A DNA stretch of 64,000 nt from Candidatus Hydrogenedentota bacterium (GTDB lineage: Bacteria; Hydrogenedentota; Hydrogenedentia; Hydrogenedentales; SLHB01), in contig BTWA01000026.1 of NCBI GenBank assembly GCA_045863295.1, forward strand, positions 25,197-89,196, given 5' to 3'. Of the stretch, positions 9,766-18,305 are shown piece by piece. The notes beneath the pieces are model-generated. The model was given only the letters and a program-made list of their open reading frames with translations, was not told where the DNA came from and searched no databases. Numbering within the stretch: position 1 is the stretch's first letter; the number at the start of each line of letters is the position of its first letter. The translations under genes and the position numbers were made by a program.

Positions 9766-12552
9766 ATGAAAACGGTCGTCGTGACTGGCGATGTCATGGT
9801 GGACCACCACCTTTACGAAGGCAAACGCTTGACGGCATCCGCGACCGATCAACCGGGCTTTAAAGTGTGCCGGCAGCATGGAGGCGCCATGGCCGTTTGC
9901 GATCTCGTTAACGCGGTCATAAACCAGTCGATAACGGACTCTGCTGCCGAGATGGAATGCAAGGCGAAGGCCGTAGAAGACGCCAGACAGGCCTGCGCGA
10001 AAGACAGTGAAAAGGAAGCTGCACAACAGAAACTCGCGGAGGCGGAAGAGGCCCTCCAGAAACATAAGCGGGTAAGAGAATCTGACTGGAAAGCATGCTT
10101 CGGTCTGACGACGCCCCTGGAACACGAGATACCCTGCGGGCATCATGCCCTCTCCATATGGAAACCATTCCAAACAATGGAAGGCAATGAGGAGAAGAAA
10201 GTCTGGCGGGCGGATTTGCTGATGGGCTACGGCCACGATGACGCTCCAGCAAAATGCGACACGGAGAAGTGCGAGTATACACCCAAAGTCCTTTCCCCGC
10301 CGCCGCCACGCGCGGATGTCCTGGTGTTGGACGACGGCGGCTTCATTTTTCGACACCGTTTCCAACGCGATTGTTGGCTTTTGCCATCGGCGCAGGAAAG
10401 TAAGCCCCATTGGATTGTAATGAAGATGAGCGGGCCGGTCTGCCAAGGCGATCTGTGGTCGCACCTCAAGACGTATGGAGATCGGCTTATCGTCGTGGTC
10501 TCCGCGAACGATTTACGCCAAGAGTGCGTACATTTGGGCGAAGGACTTTCATGGGAGCGCACCGTAGAAGAACTGCGGGACGCGCTGCTAACAAACCCTG
10601 CATTGAGCGACTTGGTGTCCGTTCCGCGCCACTTAATTGTGCTGTTCTCGGCCGACGGCGCGCTGTGGTTGGATAGGTCTGGCGAACAACTCAAAGCGAC
10701 GCTTGTCTTCGACGCCGGTGGCATTGAGGGCTGGTGGGGGCGGAAGATCGAGGGCAAGGCCTTTGGATACATGTCGTGCATGGTTGCCTCTGTTGTTCGG
10801 GCGGCGATGCACGATTCAGAGGAACCGGCGATCGATCCGGCGGTTCGGGCAGGCCTCGCCGCAATGCGGGACCTTGCCCGGTGGGGACACGGTGAGGTAA
10901 ACGACGGCTGGCCATCCGGCTTTCCGTGCGACCGGTTGGCGCGGGTGATCGTTCGGGGCGGCAGCGGCTTCGCCGTCACGCGCGTCCCGTGGAGCGAGGC
11001 CGAACGAAACCTCTATGCCCCCGCACCCGAAAATCCAGACGGGAAGTCTCCTTGGCGGATTGTCGAGACGTCTCAGTGCCCCTTTGGAGACGGAAAGACA
11101 CCCTCGCTGCTCGGCCTGGCCTCGCAGGTAGTGATCTATGGAGAACTGGCCATTCGCGCACTCCCCCATGCCCGATTTCGCAACCTGCTAACAGCCGACC
11201 GTATTGAAATCGAGGCCCTGCGATCCATCGAAGTGCTGATGAACCGGTATCTCGACGAGACAAAACCAAAGCGGCCGCTCTCGATAGGCGTGTTTGGCCC
11301 GCCGGGCGCCGGCAAATCATTTGGCGTCCGGCAGCTTGCCGACGACATCTTTGGCGCAAAAGCATGGTTGGAATTTAATCTGTCACAGTTCAAGGATTCC
11401 AAGGATCTAATCGGCGCATTTCATCAAGTGCGGGACACGGTGCTAAGCGGGCAAACCCCTACCGTCTTCTGGGATGAATTCGATTCCCGCGAATATGAGT
11501 GGCTCCAGTACCTGCTCGCGCCGATGCAGGATGGGCGCTTCCAGGAAGGCCAGATCAGTCACTACATTGGCAAGTGTGTCTTCATTTTCGCCGGAGCGAC
11601 CGCCTATTCGTTTAACGAGTTTGGACCTGCGAAGCCGCCGGACAAACGGTTCGATGCAGACGCGTGGAAAAAATTCAGCTTGCGCAAAGGCCCGGATTTC
11701 CACAGCCGCTTGGACGCCTATTACGACGTGCTCGGGCCCAATCCGCGCACGGTATTGCCCCACGATGGCTGCGGCTCGCAACGCGTACCGGACCCAACAG
11801 ATGTCTGCTACCCGCTGCGGCGGGCCTTGCTGATTCGATCTCTCTTGAAAGCCAAGAATTCGGCGCTCGATTTCGATCCGGAATTGCTCCACGCCCTGCT
11901 GCAAACTGCCGAATACACGCACGGGGCACGCTCCCTCGAAAAACTCGTTACAGCACTCATTCCCACAAAAAAAGGCCAGTCAATCCGGCGCTCGGCATTG
12001 CCGCCGCCGGCCCAACTCGCGATGCACGTGACGGAACCAGAACAGTTCATACACATGCTGGGCCGACACGTCCAATATCGCAATCCTGAAACGATCAATG
12101 CCATTGCACAAGGCATCCACGAAACGTGGCGTGAGCTTTCGGCAATAGAGCATTGGAAGATGCAGCCCGCCTATGACATGCCATACGAATTGCTTGGAGA
12201 TGTGGAAAAGGATGAAAACCGTGCGGCCGCCCGCCGCATCCCGGACATCCTCGCCCTCGCCGGACTGCGGATCGAGCAGTCCGATCTGCCACACGGCGCC
12301 GGCGTCGAAGACCAGTTGAAGCAACCGCATCAACTGCGGCGGTTGGCAGAAGCCGAACACGAAAGGTGGATGGCGCATCGCATCAAGAACGGATGGCGTT
12401 ATAGCGAGCAGCGTGACGACGCAAAGAAGCTGCACCATGCGCTCGTGCCGTATGCCGACTTGGCTGAGGCCGACCAGAAAAAGGATCAGAATTCGGTGAA
12501 GCACTTCCCCGAAATGCTGCGCCGCGCGGGTTACCGTATCGTTTGGGCATGA
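9766..12552 (+). CDS. PfkB/HldE-like N-terminal region + P-loop (AAA-like) ATPase + two C-terminal RyR repeats
   Basis: MKTVVVTGDVMVD start; Walker A GVFGPPGAGKSF; Walker B VFWDEFD; RyR motifs IAQGIHETW…PYELL..VEKDENR and LAEAEHERWMAHRIKNGWRY…LVPYADL; SD AAGGAGG. Confidence 0.88.
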   Translation: MKTVVVTGDVMVDHHLYEGKRLTASATDQPGFKVCRQHGGAMAVCDLVNAVINQSITDSAAEMECKAKAVEDARQACAKDSEKEAAQQKLAEAEEALQKHKRVRESDWKACFGLTTPLEHEIPCGHHALSIWKPFQTMEGNEEKKVWRADLLMGYGHDDAPAKCDTEKCEYTPKVLSPPPPRADVLVLDDGGFIFRHRFQRDCWLLPSAQESKPHWIVMKMSGPVCQGDLWSHLKTYGDRLIVVVSANDLRQECVHLGEGLSWERTVEELRDALLTNPALSDLVSVPRHLIVLFSADGALWLDRSGEQLKATLVFDAGGIEGWWGRKIEGKAFGYMSCMVASVVRAAMHDSEEPAIDPAVRAGLAAMRDLARWGHGEVNDGWPSGFPCDRLARVIVRGGSGFAVTRVPWSEAERNLYAPAPENPDGKSPWRIVETSQCPFGDGKTPSLLGLASQVVIYGELAIRALPHARFRNLLTADRIEIEALRSIEVLMNRYLDETKPKRPLSIGVFGPPGAGKSFGVRQLADDIFGAKAWLEFNLSQFKDSKDLIGAFHQVRDTVLSGQTPTVFWDEFDSREYEWLQYLLAPMQDGRFQEGQISHYIGKCVFIFAGATAYSFNEFGPAKPPDKRFDADAWKKFSLRKGPDFHSRLDAYYDVLGPNPRTVLPHDGCGSQRVPDPTDVCYPLRRALLIRSLLKAKNSALDFDPELLHALLQTAEYTHGARSLEKLVTALIPTKKGQSIRRSALPPPAQLAMHVTEPEQFIHMLGRHVQYRNPETINAIAQGIHETWRELSAIEHWKMQPAYDMPYELLGDVEKDENRAAARRIPDILALAGLRIEQSDLPHGAGVEDQLKQPHQLRRLAEAEHERWMAHRIKNGWRYSEQRDDAKKLHHALVPYADLAEADQKKDQNSVKHFPEMLRRAGYRIVWA

Positions 12553-12616
12553 CGACAAATGAACTACATGTCCGGCGCCGCAATACCAAGGCCGTTGTTT
12601 GAGTGGCTTCTCACGA

Positions 12617-14497
12617 TCACGCCGGCAGGTGCGGTCCGTGGAACGCCAGCGATGCGGCCCACTCGTAGTTCTCCGAGGCCATGATGTCGCTTGCCGTTCG
12701 GACGTGGGCGCGAATTTCGTCGGGGGTTTCCGCTTTCCGAAGGTCCTCGGCGACATCGTTCAACAACCTCGCCATATTCGCGGACCGGCTCGAGATCCGC
12801 TCGCCATCGAGCAGGGTGTTGATCGCCTGAAACGTTGCGCCCCACAACGGCAGCAGCACGGTGATGCCAAACAGGACGGCCGTGACCGTGCCCATGCCAT
12901 GCTTGCCCGGTTCGCCGTGGCCGATCCCTATAGCGTGGAAGAAGGCGGCTACCAGCGTCAGCGAGAAGAGCACCAGTCCCACGCGGTGCAGCGTCTTTGG
13001 CAACTTCAGTTTCCTCTCGACATTATCCATGTGCCATTGGGCCTGCGGCGTGATCCAGTCCTGCTCGATGAAATCTCGCAATGCCAGCCACCCGGCCTTT
13101 TCGTCCGCGGGATGTAGCGCGGGGCCGGAGGCGCGCATGATGGCCACGTCCACCCAGTCCGCGGGCCGCCGGTAAAAAGGAAGGTGGGATACATCGCGGC
13201 GTTGCCCCGACGCGGTCATTTCGCCCAGCAAGTCCGTGTACAATTTCGCGCGCAGGCGCTCGGCGAAATGGCGGTCGTGCAGCCATTTTTCGTGCCAGCG
13301 CTCCTTTCGCGATATGCGCAGCAACGCCAGAATTGCGACCATCGCCAGCACTTCGAGAAAGGCCGCCGCATACCACGACGGCGCAAACAACATCTGCATG
13401 ACGGAAACCGTTACGCCGGAAGCGGCGAGTGTAAAAAGCCCTCGCGCGCTTCTAAAGTGCAGATTCTGGTAGTGAAGCGACAACACGTCGCTCCGGGCAT
13501 AGTGCGCCAGCGTTTGCCATGTCTTGTCATTGAGAACCCACTCCGGCGGGTGAGTTTTCTGCGCGGTGTCCAGCATCGAATCCTGGTGTTCGCGAAATTT
13601 CCGCGCAATCGATTCCGCCGAAACCGCGGTGTCGCGGTTGTACGCCGCCAGCGCGTGATAACTTGGCGAAAACTCCTTCGCAGTCTGCGGGAGTTCGCAC
13701 GTTTTCAATTTGACTGGCGTCTCTTCTGAATCGGAAGATTCCGGCACTACTAACTTCGCGGGAGTTCGAGGGTTGTCCGCGTTAATCCATAGAATGGTTC
13801 GCCCGTGCAGCAGCGCGTGCTTCACGATATCGCCGGTCCCCCCCCATCCTTTGGCGGGTTTCCCGTCCCACACGGCGATGAGTATGTCGCACTGGTGCAC
13901 GACCAACTCGCCCGCTTCCCGGTACAGACAGTCTCGATTCGAACCGTGCGCGTCCAGCATGCCTGCGATTCCCGGCGATGCGTCCAGCGCGAGGAGCTTG
14001 CGAAACGCCTCCAAACTCGGCGCGTCGAAATCGTGTTCGTATTCCTCGGCATCAAACGGTAGAACCACCTGCAATTGGGAGTCCTTCCGCGCCAGTACAG
14101 CCTCCGCCACGATAATGTCCGCGCCCTGCGCCAACGCCGAAACGACGCGCCATCGCAATGGTGTCGTCATGGACGGATCGACCACGGCCGGTGTCACCGG
14201 TACGGCCGGCCAAATCCACTTCAGCGCGGCAACCAACGCCCGATCGGCCCGCCTCTTGATGGTCTGTTGATTGGTGTGTGGCCCAAGCGGATTTGATCCA
14301 GCCGATTCCAGCACGCGCTGGACATGATCCAACAGCGCGTCCACGGCCAGTCGCACGCCCGCTTCATCTCCCAACGCCCGATGGCCTGTCACGCCGATCC
14401 GCAACTCGTACGGTATGGGTTCAGGCAGGCCGACGGAACTCGCGGAACTCCCGCTCGTTTCACTTCCCACTACAGGAGACATGATCTTCCCTCGCAC
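12617..14497 (-). CDS. SLOG-superfamily nucleotide-binding domain fused to tandem SLATT-like 2-TM domains
   Basis: LRIGVTGHR, VSALAQGAD, VVLPF, YREAG..VV..CDILIAVWDG…GGTGDIV (SLOG); two TM hairpins with WHEKWLHDRHFAERLR and terminal ENYEW (SLATT-like). Start may be ATG 14482. Confidence 0.82.
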   Translation of the reverse strand: MRGKIMSPVVGSETSGSSASSVGLPEPIPYELRIGVTGHRALGDEAGVRLAVDALLDHVQRVLESAGSNPLGPHTNQQTIKRRADRALVAALKWIWPAVPVTPAVVDPSMTTPLRWRVVSALAQGADIIVAEAVLARKDSQLQVVLPFDAEEYEHDFDAPSLEAFRKLLALDASPGIAGMLDAHGSNRDCLYREAGELVVHQCDILIAVWDGKPAKGWGGTGDIVKHALLHGRTILWINADNPRTPAKLVVPESSDSEETPVKLKTCELPQTAKEFSPSYHALAAYNRDTAVSAESIARKFREHQDSMLDTAQKTHPPEWVLNDKTWQTLAHYARSDVLSLHYQNLHFRSARGLFTLAASGVTVSVMQMLFAPSWYAAAFLEVLAMVAILALLRISRKERWHEKWLHDRHFAERLRAKLYTDLLGEMTASGQRRDVSHLPFYRRPADWVDVAIMRASGPALHPADEKAGWLALRDFIEQDWITPQAQWHMDNVERKLKLPKTLHRVGLVLFSLTLVAAFFHAIGIGHGEPGKHGMGTVTAVLFGITVLLPLWGATFQAINTLLDGERISSRSANMARLLNDVAEDLRKAETPDEIRAHVRTASDIMASENYEWAASLAFHGPHLPA

Positions 14498-14943
14498 TGG
14501 AACGCGCGACGCAGTCTACGCGCGGAGAATTGCGTCAACCGCGCCCGCGGACCAATTGCCGGGCGAGTCCATCCATTTCCTTGATCACGTGCAGTCGACC
14601 TGCGCGGTATCGTTTCTGAGTTTCGTATTGCGGCCAGAACCCGGCAGGTCAACGAGACTCTTCACGGTTTCCACGTCATCGCACACCCCCCAGAATGTTG
14701 TGTCTGTGGATCCTATCGACAACCACTCCATAAATCAACGGACTGCAATTTCAAATTCAACAGTACTCAACAACACCTCTACTAGGCGTTCAGTAGCCTC
14801 AACACGCATCAATCTCGTTTGGCGTGGTAACTCTACCTCCAGATGTATACTTTGAGACCACTAACAATCCCGCTCATTGGACATCTTGCGGCACATCCTG
14901 AAATCCCGAACATGCAGCTTAACCGCTACAGGAGTCCATCGCC

Positions 14944-15172
14944 GGAACTCCTTAACCTGGACCGCCAAAGCGCAGGAGAAGGAGTTTCACGGTGGACGAT
15001 TTCGACGGTCAAAGCCATGCCACATGGGATCGCAGATACCACATACTGCTTCTCCCTAAGCTCTGGAGAAAGGTGTTGTACCGGTAATTGCGAAAGCAAC
15101 TTGAAGGAATATTTCACTGATTGGCGGGGCAAAAGGAGTGCCGGTTCAATAGGGCATCAAATGGCCGAACAT
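14944..15172 (+). pseudogene. tnpA: Decayed IS200/IS605-family tnpA (Y1 HUH transposase) 5' fragment with left-end hairpin
   Basis: GTG 14992 gives DDFDGQSHATWDRRYHILLLPKLWRKVLYR*LRKQLEGIFH*LAGQKECR, then a frameshift to GHQMAEH. Stops at 15085 and 15118. Upstream AACTCCTT (14946-53) / AAGGAGTT (14979-86) inverted repeat covers the SD. Confidence 0.78.
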
Positions 15173-15560
15173 TCCTTCAACCACACATCCGGTCACAGGC
15201 GCTAGGCTCCGTGTTGCCAATTGCCGTTTCGGCTTAAGAAGATTGTTCTACTTTGTGTGCCACTTTATTTGAAGAACTCCGTGCTGTTAGTGGAAGGTGG
15301 AATGTGCCAAGTGACATGGATAACGATCAAAGACGTTTCACAGGGCACCTTGGAGGGCGGAGGCACGACCGTTACCCCCGATACTCTCTAGAATCTCGCT
15401 CAAAGCAAGTCAGCGCGTCTGCCGTGTCTTTGTGTGACACATTCTTTGAAGTATATGTGCTACACGGCGTTGCATGTGGCACAGAGACCGAAGGCTGGAA
15501 ACGGTTTGGACTCTGTAAACTACAATGATTTCCACGGGTTACGGGTCATAGGTGGAAGCC

Positions 15561-15606
15561 GCTCATAACCCAATGGTCGTAGGTTCGAATCCTACCCCCG
15601 CTACCA
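15561..15606 (+). repeat. 3' half of tRNA-Met(CAT), initiator-like; att-site remnant copy 1
   Basis: G-CTCATAA-CCCAATGGTCGTAGGTTCGAATCCTACCCCCGCTACCA: anticodon loop, T arm, acceptor strand and CCA present; no D arm or 5' acceptor strand upstream. Confidence 0.9.
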
Positions 15607-15616
15607 ATTATGTATC

Positions 15617-15648
15617 AGGGACTTGCAAGCAATTGCAGTTCCCTTTTT
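15617..15648 (+). terminator. Rho-independent terminator-like hairpin after tRNA fragment 1
   Basis: AGGGACTTGCAA-GCAA-TTGCAGTTCCCT-TTTT (imperfect stem). Confidence 0.65.
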
Positions 15649-15666
15649 GTGTGCCCAAAATGGCCC

Positions 15667-15688
15667 ACTGTACACGAAACTGTACACG
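15667..15688. repeat. Tandem 10-bp direct repeat ACTGTACACG, candidate integrase arm-type sites
   Basis: Copies at 15667-15676 and 15679-15688, about 60 nt from the att-like tRNA fragment. Confidence 0.5.
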
Positions 15689-16021
15689 GTCCGGCGGTGA
15701 AGACTGGACACGTGGCACTCCGTCGCACGTTGCTCCCCACCGCCGTTCATCGAACTCCCGGAGTGCAACAGCCTCTTTGCGTTTACCTATGGCACAATCG
15801 ACCAAGACGACGCCGTGTAGAGCGGCATGCAGACGTTGCGCGAGATACCGCTGGACTGGTGAAATTGGGTCCTGTAGAATCACCACTGCGTCGGCATTCA
15901 GTCTCAACCGGAATCTTCTTAAACCAAAATTTGGTTGATGACAACGGTGCTTCCAGCGGACAAACGCGATTTCGAGTGCTGGAACCAGGCTCCGTATCGG
16001 CCCGATTCATCTGACCACGCC

Positions 16022-16105
16022 CACACCGAAGGCTCCGGCGAACACTATCTGCCGCCCTATTGGATGGGCCGCTACTACGGTCTCAACGCGGTGCCTCTCA
16101 AGTAA
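16022..16105 (+). pseudogene. C-terminal relic of a gene related to the 34729-36915 protein
   Basis: HTEGSGEHYLPPYWMGRYYGLNAVPLK* aligns with …REGYHYLLAYYLGRAHGFISE*. Confidence 0.55.
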
Positions 16106-16137
16106 CATCGAGGACAGCATTGTCGCCGGTCAGGCCT

Positions 16138-18243
16138 CTATTGCTGCTCATGCTGTGTGCTTGACGCTTCGATGACGCACGTCTCGGGACGGAGTCGCCG
16201 CGCGAGTTCCGTCGCCGTCATGGCATTGGTCGGGACGGGAAGGTCGTTATTCAGCCAATCTGCCCCGGCCACCCATTGGGTCTCTCCGGTCTCAAGTGCG
16301 CCAATGGATGGCGAGCGCCCGCCGTTGCCCTCAGCGATTCCAGGCACCAGCACGCCGGTGCCATCCAGCGGGCCGCCCGGCTTGGGGCGAAAATCATACT
16401 GAGCCGGATCCACAAAAAATTGCCCTTCTGACCCCGGCACAAGGGTCGCATTAGAATCGATGGCGCCCGGTTCAGACGTGAGTGGAAGCACGAACTCCCG
16501 CTCGGCATTCTTGTAGTCGCTACGCCAGGACATGCGGTCGAGAAACGAATAGGCAACATTGTTGCGCACGCGCCACCCGGCGCGTTCGGCGGAAGAAATC
16601 TCCGGCTCGAAGACAACGATGAGCCCGCCTTTTAGATTGTTCACCACAAGCGTGTTGTTGTATCCCTCCAGTTGGAAGCCCTGCATCTTACAGCCGACGG
16701 AAGCGTTCCAGACCAAGTTGTGATGGAAAACGATATCGCGCCCCTGAATATCCACGCGATAGCCAATGCCGCGAATATCGTGAAGCCAGTTGTGATTGAC
16801 CACTGTACCCGACATTCTCCGTCCGATCGGCACATACAGCGACGAAACATCCACGCAATATAAACCGACGTTGAACACGTGGCAGTATTCCACCTTGGCG
16901 GGGCTCGCACCCCGCGGGTAGATAGCCACGCCGCCAACGTTGTACACCGTATTGCGGCGGATAATGTTGGGAGACGGGGCGCGCGCGGCGGCTTTTTCGT
17001 TGCCCGTTGAAGTACCGGTTCGCCTCGTTCGCGCATTGGCCAGGCTTTCCGCGCCGTCTATGGTGATGCCGGGACCGGGATGTCGGCCGTGCAGGTTGCT
17101 GTCGTGCACGATGCAATTCTCCACCCGGTTGCCCGAGCCTTCGACCTCCAGCGCGCCATCCACCGCCCATTCAATCAGGCAACGCTCAAGGACATTCTCG
17201 TCGCCTTCGATGCGAAGATTTTTCTGCAATTTCTCCGCCGTCTTAAGGCCGGGGAATAGTTTCGGCGTCGATGGATACAGAAATCGGCACCCGCGCAGAA
17301 CGATGCGTCGGCTTTGCGCAAAGCGCACATTGCATTTGTGAAACTCCAGACCGCTAATGACGATATTGCTGACGCCGTTGCCTCCCATTCCAGCGACGCG
17401 CGCCTTTACCGAGACCGCGTTCTGCCGCGGCTCCAGGCCATCGGGAGCAATCAGAAGCAGTTCGCGCTGCTCCACGTCATGCCACCATTCGCCGGGCGCA
17501 TCGAGTGCCCCGCGGGCCGCTATGAAAAACCGGTTGCCTTCTAAGCCGTAGCTCGCGATTCGTTCCGGCATCGAGTCCTCGCCCCAGGCTCTGCCTTCCA
17601 TATCCGTCGAATCGTAGCGCAGCGTCGCGCTGCCGGATTGATGCTCGGTCACAACGCGGGTGAAGCAATTGTTGCCTTTGCTCAGCTTCAGGTAGACCAA
17701 TCCACCGCGCAAATCCTGGCCCGATTCCGCCATCGCCGGGCTTTCGATCTGGCCGAGCGTAGTGCCATGACCTGTTAGTGCCCACTTTTTCGCCGGCTGC
17801 CAGTTCTCTTCCCACGAGCAATTGGGCCACCGCGCCTCGACCAGCATGCGTTCATCAAAAAAGACCGCTTCAATGGACTCCTTTGCATCTACTTTCATCG
17901 CCCATATCGTGTCACTCTTTTGCGTCCAAGTGCCGGTGACGATGTCGGAGCCATCAATGATGACGCGTTCGTTTTGGTAACTCGTAAACGTGATGGACTT
18001 TTCTTCGTCGCCGGAAGTTCTGAGTATGGCCATCTCCCGGTAGACCCCGGCGCGGATGAAACAGGTATCGCCCGCTACAGCCGCGTCGGCGGCACGCTGA
18101 ATTGACTTAAACGGCCGATCGATAGCCGTGCCCGAATTCGAATCGTTTCCGTCCGGCGCCACAAAATAATTCGCGGCATACAGCGGCGCCGGCGGAATCA
18201 GAAACAGGGCGGTCATGGAACAGAGCAAAAGCGTGTGCTTCAT
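16138..18243 (-). CDS. Secreted right-handed parallel beta-helix protein (pectate-lyase-like; probably carbohydrate-active)
   Basis: Signal peptide MKHTLLL…; YFVAPDGNDSNSGT…PFKSIQRAAD…GDT.FIRAGVYRE; Asn-ladder repeats; C-terminal FVDPAQYDFRP…SIGALE. Confidence 0.8.
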   Translation of the reverse strand: MKHTLLLCSMTALFLIPPAPLYAANYFVAPDGNDSNSGTAIDRPFKSIQRAADAAVAGDTCFIRAGVYREMAILRTSGDEEKSITFTSYQNERVIIDGSDIVTGTWTQKSDTIWAMKVDAKESIEAVFFDERMLVEARWPNCSWEENWQPAKKWALTGHGTTLGQIESPAMAESGQDLRGGLVYLKLSKGNNCFTRVVTEHQSGSATLRYDSTDMEGRAWGEDSMPERIASYGLEGNRFFIAARGALDAPGEWWHDVEQRELLLIAPDGLEPRQNAVSVKARVAGMGGNGVSNIVISGLEFHKCNVRFAQSRRIVLRGCRFLYPSTPKLFPGLKTAEKLQKNLRIEGDENVLERCLIEWAVDGALEVEGSGNRVENCIVHDSNLHGRHPGPGITIDGAESLANARTRRTGTSTGNEKAAARAPSPNIIRRNTVYNVGGVAIYPRGASPAKVEYCHVFNVGLYCVDVSSLYVPIGRRMSGTVVNHNWLHDIRGIGYRVDIQGRDIVFHHNLVWNASVGCKMQGFQLEGYNNTLVVNNLKGGLIVVFEPEISSAERAGWRVRNNVAYSFLDRMSWRSDYKNAEREFVLPLTSEPGAIDSNATLVPGSEGQFFVDPAQYDFRPKPGGPLDGTGVLVPGIAEGNGGRSPSIGALETGETQWVAGADWLNNDLPVPTNAMTATELARRLRPETCVIEASSTQHEQQ

Positions 18244-18305
18244 CGTGCCAGGTTCCTCAAAATGGGTTCGCGCGCCTTGGCCATTTATCGCGCCTCCGTT
18301 GCCCA

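Noticed and set aside
14415..15205. ORFs 14415-14855 and 14843-15205 as real genes
   Set aside because: No motifs; the second partly borrows the frameshifted tail of the tnpA relic
15520..15606. Intact tRNA-Met gene, or one interrupted by a group I intron
   Set aside because: No 5' acceptor strand or D arm upstream and the anticodon stem cannot pair; the full anticodon loop is present, which fits an att crossover. The same applies to 21408-21453
15552..16014. ORFs 15552-15938 and 15610-16014
   Set aside because: They read through the tRNA fragment, terminator or repeats and show no protein motifs
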